Below, one piece after another: positions 22,981 to 33,499 of a stretch of DNA of 64,000 nt. The translations under genes were made by a program, and so were the position numbers. A model generated the notes under the pieces. The model had not been told where the DNA came from. It saw only the letters and a list, made by a program, of their open reading frames with translations, and ran no database searches. Numbering within the stretch: position 1 is the stretch's first letter; every line of letters begins with the position of its first letter. Origin of the DNA: Hyaloraphidium curvatum SAG 235-1 (lineage: Eukaryota; Fungi; Monoblepharomycota); NCBI GenBank assembly GCA_025558095.1, contig JAIVFI010000016.1, forward strand, positions 124,001 to 188,000. The letters are read 5' to 3'.

Positions 22981-25445
22981 CTAGAAAGTGAGCTCGAAGC
23001 CCTCCAGGGTCCCCCGGTCCTGGTAGTCCTGCAGCACCGTTCGGTAGGCGATCGCGCCCGGGCCGTAGTTCAAGTTCCTCGGTTTGATGAGCTCCACCGA
23101 ACCCTCGTCGTTGTAGCTGTTATTTTTTCCCGTCAGCAGCTGCACTGGACGAGCACGAAGACCCACTATCCCGGAGTGCACTCCTGGCGGAAGTTCTTCC
23201 TCTCCGCCGACTTGGCGACGATTTCCTCCGCCCATTCCTCCTCCGCATCCACCGTGACCTCGATGACCTTGGCCTTCTGCTTCAAGGCAGAGGCTATGCA
23301 GTACACCACAAATTGCGCCTGGTCCGAGAACACGCTGGGGAAGTTGGTGCTCACCGCCGCCTGGGTGTTGGAGTACTGCCGTCCGCGACGTCAGCTCCCG
23401 CGTCGCACCGTCCGGCCTCCCAAATGCTCACCCAGAAGGCGTTGGGAAGCCCGTGGGTGCACACGCCGTACAGCGTCGCGTACCCCTTCCCCTGCTTGAA
23501 CTTCTCCTCCTTGGTGAGCCCGTCGCGGCCGATAACTTTGAAATCAGTGTGGTTCTCGAAGCCGGGCCCGAAGATGTCGAAGCCCGTCCCCCAGATGATG
23601 CAGTCCACCTCGTACTCCTCCCCGTTCGCGACGACCCCACGCTCGGTGATGCGCTCCACGCCCTGGCCGTTGGTGTCAACCAGTGTCACGTTGGGGCGGT
23701 TGAACGTCTCCAGGTAATCATCCGAATATACTGGACGCTTGCAAAAGCTGGACGCGTCATTTAACACGGATGGCGGCCAGAGAGGCGGGCAAGGAACCCA
23801 CAGGTTGTACCACGGCTTGAGCGCCTCGGCCGTCTTCTTGTCCTTGACCACCTCGTCCACCCTCCGCCGGATGAACTCCATCTTCTTGAAGTCGCCGAGC
23901 TGCAGCAGCTCCTCCATCGAGTACTGGCTGCCCTCGCCCGTGGCAAGGTTGCGCTTCAGGAAGGAGAAGATGTCGCGCGAGCTGTTGGTGAAGCCGTCGT
24001 CGAGCTCCTCGACCCCCTCGATGTCCTGCCCGATCAGCGCGGCCTGGAAGGCGAGGTCGCGCCTCCTGCGGGAAAATGGGTCAGCTGTCCGCTTCCGCCA
24101 CCCAGATCCGATTGCGGACCCACTTCTGCCAGCCGGGGCCCAGGCTCTTGTACCACTCGGGATCCGTAGGCTTGTTGTTGCGGACGTCGACGGCCGACGG
24201 CGTGCGCTCTGCGATCGGATGAAATCAGTCGCGAAGAATATCGACAATGAATGGCGCAGCTCACGGAAGACGTAGAGCTGGCCGCAGCTGGCTCCCAAGT
24301 ACGGGATGCACTGGATGGCGGTGGCTGATTGGTGGGGCCGGATCAGAGCCGGGCGCCGAAATGACACCAGCGCAAGGGCCGACCTCCTGTGCCGATGAAT
24401 GCCACCTTCTTGTCCCCGAGCTTGTCCAGGCTGCCGTAGCTGTCCCCGCCCGTGTAATCGTAGTCCCACCTCGACGTGTGGAACTCGTGGCCCTTGAAGG
24501 TCTCGATGCCGGGCAGATCGGGGAGCTTGGGCCGGTGGAGCGGCCCGCCGGCCGTCACGACGAACTGTGCGGTGATCTTGTCCCCGCGGTTGGTCGAGCA
24601 GGTCCACACCTTCTTCTCGTCGCTCCACACGATCTCGCGGGCCTCGGTCTGGAAGATGGCGTTGTCGTACAGGTTCCAGCGGTTGGCCATGCGACGGCAA
24701 TGGGCCAGGATCTCGGGCGCGCGGGTGTACTAGGAGAATGTGAGCCCGGTCGTCCTCAGAGCCACGAAGAACGGACCTTTTCGACGGGCATGTAGCCTGT
24801 CTCCTCGAGCAGGGGAAGGTACTGCAGGTGGATCAGTGCCGTCGCCCTGCGCGCAGGGATGCCGGACCCACGCAGTAGGCTTCCGAGTCGCAGGCCGCTC
24901 CGGGATAGCGGTTCCAATACCAGTTTCCGCCAAAGTCTCCAGCTTTATCGATCATCTTGAAGTCCGTGATCCCGGCGTCCTTCAGTTTCGCGGCAGTGGT
25001 GATCCCGGAGAAACCTCCGCCGAGAACTGTCGCCGAACGTTGACTCAGCCCCTTCTATGGCCCGTACGCGGCGAGGAACCCACTGAGGACCGTGGTCTCC
25101 ACCTCAATGGGATCCCGGACCAGCGGCTCGGCCCACGGGTCCTGGAGCCACCCCTTGAACTTCTCGCCCTTGCCCTCCCCGATGATGACCCATTGCGACT
25201 GGCCGCTGGGCTTCAGCCGGCGGTCTCGCTCTTCGAGCTGGAGGAAATGGTCAGTGGAAGAATCCAGATCCTAGGCGGTCGGCTACCGACATAGCGCTTC
25301 TTCAGAGCGATAGGGTCTGGGGTCCGGAACAAACGCGAAGAGTGGGGAGGGGGCCGAACATTGAGCACCAGGGTTCCGGAGATTCGGAAGGGCGATGAGG
25401 CGAACCGAAGTCGATCTTCCAGAAATCTTCCGTGGCAACGACCAT
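22981..25445 (-). CDS. Baeyer-Villiger-type flavin monooxygenase (cyclohexanone/phenylacetone monooxygenase family)
   Basis: [36 protein letters not shown] (FxGxxxHxxxW), [34 protein letters not shown]; many short introns. Confidence 0.93.
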
Positions 25446-26580
25446 GGTGGCAATGAAGTAGTCGTCGGCAGCTCAAACTGCGCTCCGGGGGACATGCGGG
25501 AGACGTGAGCGCCCCGACCGATGTCGCGGCTGCGGTACGGACTCACAGTTGCCCGGGAGCTCCGAATCTCAGGGACGACGAGCAAGTTGCAGCTGGTCTT
25601 CCTTTCGGACTGAAGAAGGAGGTGCACCGTCCGACAGAGCGCCGGCGAATTGAGTCAATCTTGAGCCCTGTGGCGGCGCGCCAAAGCGGCAACTCGGCCG
25701 TCCGCATTTGCCACACCCGCCACATCCGAGTGAAAGGCCGTTCGAGGCGGTTGAAGCCAGATCTATGCTTCGAAAGTTTGCCGCTGGCTGCTCAAAAGTG
25801 TGGGAGTGCAGGCGTGCGACGTTCACAGCTCATTGTTGACTATGGACTTTCCTTTCTGGATGACAGTGTATCGATTCTTCTTCTATTCCTCGTCGCCTTG
25901 AAGCCATTTCGCCTCCACAAGCAGCAGAAAGACCTGCATGTAGGTCTACGGGCGATCTGGGGCACGTCGACTAGGCATCTTGATCAGTTCGGTCGCAGGC
26001 AGCTTCGAGGGCGGCTGTACGCGGCCACGCCACGCCTGCTGCGTGATCGGAACCACTCCTTGGCACGAGACCTTACGGCTTGCAACTTGAGGCTCCATGA
26101 GCCTGTTTGGCGCCGAGGCTCCGTTGCAGCCGATAGCACTTGCGTTCCACTGCCTACAGGTGTCCATTTGCCCCAAATGAGATGGGCGAAAACTTAACTC
26201 TACGGTGCTGAATGTCCCGAAGTCGTGGCGGCTTCGTCTGAAGCTCCCACCTGGCCGTTGAGGAGCCGATTGATCGGCTGCACGTGGCGGAGTGGTCGAT
26301 CGCCCATAGCGCTGTCGGGCGGGGTCCATCGCCAAGCAAACCCCGGCGCCACCTGACCGGTCAGAGGCCCGCGCATCTCTCGGTCGGTATTAAGATCCTT
26401 TTATTGTTCTCTGGAGAAGCGCTCTCGCGGGGGACAGAGGCGATTCCGCCAGCGCTGGCTGGGCGGAACGGCAACGGAGATACGACCTGAGCGAAATCAC
26501 CGCCGACTCTCGGCTCCATTGGCGGTCTGCAACGACACTAACTGGGGCCGCCCTTAGTTTTCTCGACGTGGACGGCGGCA

Positions 26581-28374
26581 ATGAGCCCGTCGGCGGACTC
26601 TGGGCCCGACGCGGCCCCTCCCGCTTCCGACAACGCTGGTTCGGACACCCTCACTCTTCCGAGTTCCTGGTTCACGGACGACAAAATCTATGCCTTGGAA
26701 AGGAGGTGAATGGAGCTTGACGCCGCGCCAGGCCGACGGGACGGGGAAGCTGATCCCGCCTGACTCGCAGGGGTCTGTTTGGCCGGAACTGGCTCTACGC
26801 GACGCACAAGTCCCGGTTCCAGGTGCGTTGGGAATGCAGAATGTCCGACGCTTCGAAATCTCATGAGCGTGGTTTCGCAGGAGCCCGGCGACTACATGCT
26901 GTTTGAGATTGCCGGCTACTCGTTCTTCATAATCATGGGAACGGTCGGTGTCGCGCTCCAGTCGTCGCTCTTTCCCTCGTTCATTTCCTTCTTCTATTCA
27001 GGACAACACGCTGCGCGCCTTTCACAACGTCTGCAGGCACCGGGCCTTCCCCGTGGTGAAGAAGCAGTCAGGTAGGCACTATGGCCCGGTAACGGAAGCT
27101 GTGCCTTATCGCGGCCACGTGCTCCAGGTTCTGCCCTCGTTCTTGGCTGCAAATACCACGGATGGTCCTACAACGCTACCGGGGCTCTCACCAAGGCGCC
27201 GCAGTTTGAGAATGTGCCCGGATTCGACCCCTCGCAGAACGGTCTTTACCCCATCGCTGTCCACGTCACGGAACCCGGTGGTTTCGTATTTGTCAACATG
27301 GACAACGGCAAGAACGGCGAGCCCGTCCAGTTCAAGGACTGGTTTGGCGACATGGAGAGCGCGCACCTCGGCGACGGCATGGTCAACTTCGAAGACTACA
27401 AGTTGTGAGTGAAGGCGAACGACATCGACCAGAAACCGTCTGACCCATTGATAGCCACATGGAGTACACTATGGAGGGTGACTTCAACTGGAAGACGCTG
27501 ATGGACGGCTATCAGGAGGTGCGCGACGGCTTCCGTCCCGTGAGATCGAAGCTGACTCCTTTCTCCCTTCATTGCAATGTTTTCCCGCTTGCTCAGTGCT
27601 ATCACTGCCCGGTGGCCCGTAAGTGTCGGTCTGTCCAGCATACGTGCTTGAGCTGAATCGTCTTCCGCAGACCCCGGTCTCGCAAAGGACTACAACACCG
27701 CGACCTACACCGTCACGAATGGCTCGCACTACTCGCGGCATCGGTGCGACCGTTCCGAAGCCGAGAAGGCCAAGGCCGCCCCGGCACCGGCCGCCGCATC
27801 GTCCGAGCCGGTGTCCGCCCTCGGCGGTCTGATGCGGACCTTTGGCTTCGGGAGCTCGGGGCAAAAGGCCGACGAGAAGAAGGAGGTACCGGCTGAGTCG
27901 TCCGGCGACATGGACGGGCTGTGGCTCTACCTCTGGCCCAACACTGGTGAGCTTTTCGGAGGTGGCATGCCCTCCCTCGCTCATCCGAAGCACTTCGCAG
28001 GCCTCAACTGCTACTCGACGTGCTTCTACACCATCCGCGTCAACCCGCTGACCGCGAAGCGCACGCGGCTCGAGTACGAGATCTACGCAAACAAGAACGC
28101 CAGCAAGGCCGAGGTCGATTCCTTCGTCGAGTTCTTCAAGAAGCTCGAGCAGGAGGACTTTGACCTCTGCGAAGCGACGCAGAAGAACCTGGAGAAGGGC
28201 ATCTACAGCAAGGGCGTGCTGCACCCCGTCAAGGAAACCGGGGTCGTCTACTACCAGGGCGAGGTGCGGCGCGTGCTCGAGGAGTGGGCCGGGAAGGAGA
28301 AGGAGAAGGGCCGCGAGATCTTCGGGGCCGGCTTTGCAGTCGAGGACGAGGAGGGCGATGGTTGGTGCCGCTGA
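26581..28374 (+). CDS. Rieske non-heme iron oxygenase alpha subunit (choline-monooxygenase-like)
   Basis: TLPSSWF, AFHNVCRHRA, CKYHGWSY, FNWKTLMDGYQE, CYHCPVAHP, EDFDLCEATQKNL; multi-exon. Confidence 0.93.
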
Positions 28375-28675
28375 TCTGCGCGCTTCGATGAGCAAGGCGC
28401 TGACATACTCCTCAAGGCATCGTCGAGGAGGTCTGCGGATTGCACAAGAAGGAGCTGGCTTGGTGATCGGGTCGAGTGGCAGTTGGCATGGTTGGAGGTT
28501 TTTCGTAGATAGCGTGTAAAGCTTTGCATCCATCGTGTTCCTTGTGAGTTAAGCCGATCTACGTGATCAATGCTCTTGATCGTCCCGGTTGCGAGCGTTG
28601 AGGTGCAAAGGGCGCGTCATCCTCACTCGGCTCGGCGAAACCTGTCCGTCCGCTTCCCCCCACGCCATATCCACG

Positions 28676-29690
28676 ATGGACGTTCAGGAGGCCTCAAATG
28701 CCGCTCCGGCGGAACCATTTATCTTGGACCGCGATTCCGCCGTGGAGAGAGTCTCGCGGACGGAGACCAGCGCTCTGTACGCCCTGACTTTGTCGGACGA
28801 CCTCCGGATCGGCGAGGTGCCCCATGGGGGCTACGTCCTAGTCGTTCTACTATCCGCCGTCGCCGATTTCTTTGCGGACCGTCACCCTGACCCTACTACT
28901 GTCAGCGGGTTTTACTTGAAGCCGACTTCTCGCAACACGCCGGCCCGGGTCGCCGTGGAACTCATCAAGGCGGGGCGGCAGTACAGCGTTGCTCGTGCCA
29001 TGCTCTCCCAGCCGGACTCCGACGGCTCCTGGACGGACAGGACCATGTGCATTGCCACCTTCGGCGATTTGGAGAAGGAATCTGGCCCCACGAGACTGCT
29101 GGACATTTCGAACCCCGTGGCCCCGCGGGCACGATGCGTGCGGTTCGACGAGCCCGAGCGGAAGGACACCAGGATGATGGTGCCGTTCATGAGGCTCCTG
29201 GAGGACAAGGTCGGCGACCCAGACTGCCCGTTCCCCACGCCGTTCAACTCGACGGGCCGGGCCGAGTCTCGCGTCTGGATCCGATCTAAGGACGGGCGGC
29301 CCGTCGACTGGAAGACCCTCGTCATCCAGGCCGACGCGACACCGGTCCTGTTCGGGTACGGGCTGGAATTCCTGACGGGAGGGGCGCAGGCGTGGTTCCC
29401 AACGGTCGAGCTCTCGATCTCGTTCAAGGCCCGGCCGAGCAAAGGGACCAGCTGGCTTGCCCAGGCCGTGAAATGCCGCGCACTGGTGAACGGTCGGCAC
29501 GAGAACGACGTTGAGCTGTACGAGGAAGGGCCCGACGGCCAAGATCGCCTCCTGGCGATCGCGAGAGAGATTGCGCTTGTCGTGGTGGGTGACTTTCCCT
29601 CTCGCTGCTTCGGATACAAGCTGAATGGTCTCGGTCCCTCAGCCCGCCACTTGGAACCTCAAGCGAGCAGAGAGGCGCGCCAAGCTTTGA
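28676..29690 (+). CDS. TesB-like double hot-dog acyl-CoA thioesterase, peroxisomal (PTS1 AKL after splicing)
   Basis: VPHGGYVL, HPDP..VS.FYL, AWFPTVELSI, NGRHENDVEL; intron ~29586-29642 gives ...RRAKL*. Confidence 0.85.
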
Positions 29691-29834
29691 GGCGTGGTTG
29701 ATGAGTAGAGCTCTAGACGAAGAAGAGAGTAACAACCGTTTGACGCTTTTAGACTTGTGACATTTCACACTACAACAAGACTTCACGTAGAATGCTGAAG
29801 ATCTATCTCTCTACACATTTGCCCCCACCAACTT

Positions 29835-30683
29835 TCACAGCTTGGCCTCGATGGGTTTCGGGGCCGGCCCGTCGAAGAACACAAAGAGCCTCAGCTCGAT
29901 GCTCTCCCTAGGCGCGAACCCGCCCTCCGGAGGAGCATTGGGGTCCTTGAACGCCGAGTGCGGCGCGAAGCGCACCTGCGCCGGTTCCGAATCGAACTGC
30001 TTGAACAGCAGCACCTCCTCGGGAGTCTGGCGCGGCAGGTAGTACCACGCGTGCTGCGGGTTGTAGCGGATCGTGTAGTTGCCGCCGACGCGGTCGGGGT
30101 AAATCAAATCGTAAGGTAGCAGGTCCTCGAACGGCACGGAGCGGGCATCCAAGACTGCGAGCGGGAAGTCGAACACCTGGGGCACCTTGATCGGGCGCCA
30201 GATGTTGACGATGGCCCAGCGGCCGCACTTTTCGGCGTCCGGGCCGAAGAAGTCGCGGAGGCGCTTGCCGGCGCTCGGAATGGCTGCAGGAAGGTCAGCG
30301 GCGGTCAAATCGGCGCAGGCAGCCGCCTCACTGTAGTCGAGATGCACCGACTCGACCGGGCCCCTGGGCGTGCCCGGCTTCCTCACGGTGTGGTCAAACA
30401 CAAAGGCATCCTTTGCCCCAGCGACCTTCTTGGCCAGCTCGACGGCCTCGCGGTAGTAGATCCCCGTGATCTCGGCCTCCGAGTCCCAGTCCTTGACCGC
30501 GGACTTGTGTTCCACGGCCGCGAACCCCTCGCGGTCCAGCGACGCTTTGCCGACCAGCGGGCGGGCGTTGCGAACCTGCACCACGTGGTGCGTCTTCGAC
30601 AGGTTCGTGGTGTTGTTCTCGATGTTGTAGTAGAGCCGCTCGCCGATGTCCTTGGCGTAGTGGAAGAGCCCGGGGACCTCCAT
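29835..30683 (-). CDS. CmcJ/NvfI (AsaB-like) Fe(II)/2OG-type oxidoreductase, PTS1 AKL
   Basis: SLDREGF, VFDHTVR, VHLDY, IVNIWRPI, PLAVLDARS, WYY.P.QTPEEVLLFKQFDS, PHSAF, RESIELR; intron 30284-30331. Confidence 0.9.
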   Translation of the reverse strand: MEVPGLFHYAKDIGERLYYNIENNTTNLSKTHHVVQVRNARPLVGKASLDREGFAAVEHKSAVKDWDSEAEITGIYYREAVELAKKVAGAKDAFVFDHTVRKPGTPRGPVESVHLDYSEAAACADLTAADLPAAIPSAGKRLRDFFGPDAEKCGRWAIVNIWRPIKVPQVFDFPLAVLDARSVPFEDLLPYDLIYPDRVGGNYTIRYNPQHAWYYLPRQTPEEVLLFKQFDSEPAQVRFAPHSAFKDPNAPPEGGFAPRESIELRLFVFFDGPAPKPIEAKL

Positions 30684-31010
30684 GGCGGGCGGGAGTCGGT
30701 CCGGTGGCGAGGAGTGGCGGGCGGTCTACCCAGGCAAGAGGAGCAATGGGGCCCGAACGAGCCCGGCAGCAGCAAGTGCAGATAGTTATCTGCAATTTAG
30801 AGTGCCAGAAGAGCCTGTAGCAGGCCCTCTGAAGGTGCGGCAAAGGTGTTTGAAAACGGGAGACGGTTTCGAGTTTTCGGGGCGGCCAGCAAGGGCATCG
30901 CGCCATCTCGATTTCCGCCGGGCCAACTCATCGGTGCGAAGCTGCTTCGTGACGGAAAAGATCCTCGAAATTCTTGCGCAGCAGTGCCGCCGAAGCAGTC
31001 GGAGCCCCCC

Positions 31011-32278
31011 ATGCCCGCCCAGGACCCGCGTTGGCACTCAATCGACGCGGAGGGCTTCTGCCGCACTGTCGGGCGCCGCCTGGACGAGTTCCACAAGAGA
31101 GTTGCTCCTTTCCTCACGCTTACCATGGAGTGCCGTCCCTGCATGGATGGCAAGGGACTGCAAAGACGCCGTCGACCTCCTCGCGGAAACCAGCGCCATG
31201 CTAGCGACGCCCATGAGGCCCCGAGCTTCTTTACGATCGCAAACGCGGATGCTGGGCGCTCCTCAGGCCCTTCTTTCCTCCCGGAGGAGACAACGATGCC
31301 GCTCCGAGGACGCCGCTCGACCTGCAGCACTGCGTCCGTGCCGTGCCGGCGGCGTTCACAGGCCTGTTTGTGCGAAACTTCCACCAGCTCCGGCAAACGA
31401 TCATGGCGGCGATGGAAAAGTCTCGACAGAAGGCTCTAGGCGTGGAACTGCCCAACGAGACGACGGTCCTGAGCGTCCCGCGCAAAGGGGCTTCGCCTGG
31501 CCAGCAGATCTCCCAAGCCGAACGCGATCGGACCCTCGCCTACGCGAAGCTCTTCGCCAGGCCCGCATACTTCGCAGCCGAGGCCCTCAGCACCATCGCA
31601 ACCGCCTCGTCCTCCGTCCGCCGGTGGCTCGCCATGGACCACGACCTGCTGAACGCCCTGGGAAGCCTCGCGTTCTCACACGAAAAGGTCATCCCGGTCG
31701 CGTGGGAACCGAAACTGCTCGACACGATGCCGGCGCGCGATTTTCCGGCCTTCATCGAGCTCTTCTCCACCCTGATCGACCTTGTCTGCTCAGCCGTCAG
31801 CTCGTTCCGCGGACCGTCGGCACCGCGCCTGCGCCACGCGGGACCCGTCTCTGAGGCGCCCTTCGCCTACTTCGATCGCGTGTCGGACGTGCTCATGTAC
31901 ATCGCTGAAACGCGGGGCGACATTCCGGAGGATTCCTTCGAGCGGGCCACACACACGGCGGACACGATCGCGCAGCTCAGGGAGCTCAACATGAAGGACT
32001 ACGTCGGGGACGCGCCCGAGGACAGCAAGGAGAGGATGTTCACGCGGTTGGCAATGAAGAAGTTCGACGAGGTCCTTGCGAGTACCGGCGTCATCGCCGA
32101 CACCTGCGACGGCTGCGGCAGGGAGGTCGACCCGCCCAAGCGTTGCGGGCGGTGCCGAACGGCCTTTCACTGCTCCGCCGAGTGCCAGCGTAGGGAATGG
32201 CCCGAGCACAAGGACAGGTGCGTTGCCGTCAGCAAGGCGGAGAAGGTGTGGGCGGAGCCCGGGGCGGGCGATCGATGA
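31011..32278 (+). CDS. MYND zinc-finger protein; 5' part appears to carry two frameshifts
   Basis: CDGC...KRCGRCRTAFHCSAECQRREWPEHKDRC; coding-like reading shifts frame near 31122 and 31216; true start uncertain. Confidence 0.7.
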
Positions 32279-32334
32279 TGGGGAGAGGAGTAGAACCGGG
32301 CAAGGCGATCAGCGTTTGAAAGAGACGTGCGTAG

Positions 32335-33378
32335 AACAAACCCAGCTTTCTTCGCCAACCGCGTGCCAGATGGCGCGTACAGCCCCTTCATTTGCTACAT
32401 TTTGGGCCTCCTGCACCCGGACGTGACCGTGGAGGAGGGCAACGGCCAGTGCAAAGTCTGCGAGAAGTCGATGGCGTCCTCACCCCTAACGCGCCTTCGC
32501 CTGCTCGGGCAGTGCAAAAGCCGCCGCCACCCGCCACCAGGCTATCAACAACGCTTAGCTCGAGATCCTCCGCGCCATCCCCAACGTTCCCCTGCACGTC
32601 GTCAAGGAAGCCGTGCTCGCCCCGCCGGACGGCCCCCGCTCCCCCGCAGCCGGCGACTTCTGCTACCCCCGATCACCATGCAACGGAGGTGGCCCTCGAA
32701 CATCCCGACCGCGGGACCACCAACACGGACCATCGCTGCGACGCCTACGTGTGGCTCCTCAGCTCCTCGCTCAGGTGGTTCATCGACATCTCGGTCACCT
32801 ACCCGAACCCCGCGCAAATCCCCGCAGCGGCCACCCAGGAGCTTGCGGCGCGCTATCTCGCAAAGATCCGGCACTACCAGCGCTACTATCTGATCCGGAC
32901 CAACGCTCCGACTTCTCTCGTTCCCGCAGTAATGGAATCTCCGGGGACCTTCCATCCCGAGTTTGAGCGGCTTCTTCAGCAGCTCTCCCTCCTCGCATTC
33001 CCCCGCGGCCCTGACCCTGACGGCCCCTGGGATGACATCGATGGGCTGAGGGCCCTCTTCATGACTTCGGCTCGCCAGCGGCTTACGGCGGCCCTGGTGC
33101 GCGGCACAGAACCCATACTCCGACGCTGGGTCAATCTCTGCGTTCGCGGCAACGGCGGCGGCTCGGCTGGAGGTTCTTCGGACGGCCAGGACTCGGGATC
33201 GGGATCGCCGCAGGGGGCGTCCACGGCGGCTGGGATGGCGGCCGGTGAGGCAAGTCGTCGGATGTAGGGCACGGCTCAGTGGCTTTACGAGATGGAAGGG
33301 TAGTTTTCGGGGGGCAGGGCTTCGCTTTCTTGTAAATCGTTGTTGAGAAATCAGTCACGAAGAAAGTCAGTCAGTCAG
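32335..33378 (+). mobile_element. 5'-truncated, decayed non-LTR retrotransposon with restriction-like endonuclease (CRE/Cnl1/MoTeR-like)
   Basis: ..ICYILGL, CKVC..AFAC knuckle, TRHQAINNA*LEIL, RCD...FIDISVT, K.RHY, LVPAVMESPG.FHP; stops and frameshifts; ends in (GTCA)n tail at ~33351-33378. Confidence 0.8.
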
Positions 33379-33499
33379 CGCCGCGGGTCCAGACCCACCG
33401 GCCCCCGCCGTTCTTCCTTATCCGACAGAGGAGAGCGTCAGTCAGCCGGTTGACGGTTCCGGCGGCGGTCTTGCACAGGGCGATCTGCGAAGAGGCAGC

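Noticed and set aside
25505-26197. 230-aa ORF between the BVMO and Rieske genes
   Set aside because: Lower GC, no motifs, atypical codon pattern; likely promoter or decayed DNA
29698-29798. TTGATGA...CTGA C/D-like pair
   Set aside because: Lies in convergent 3' UTRs; no terminal stem or recognisable rRNA/snRNA antisense
31214-31216. In-frame TGA as selenocysteine
   Set aside because: A TAG lies four codons upstream in the same frame; not a selenoprotein family
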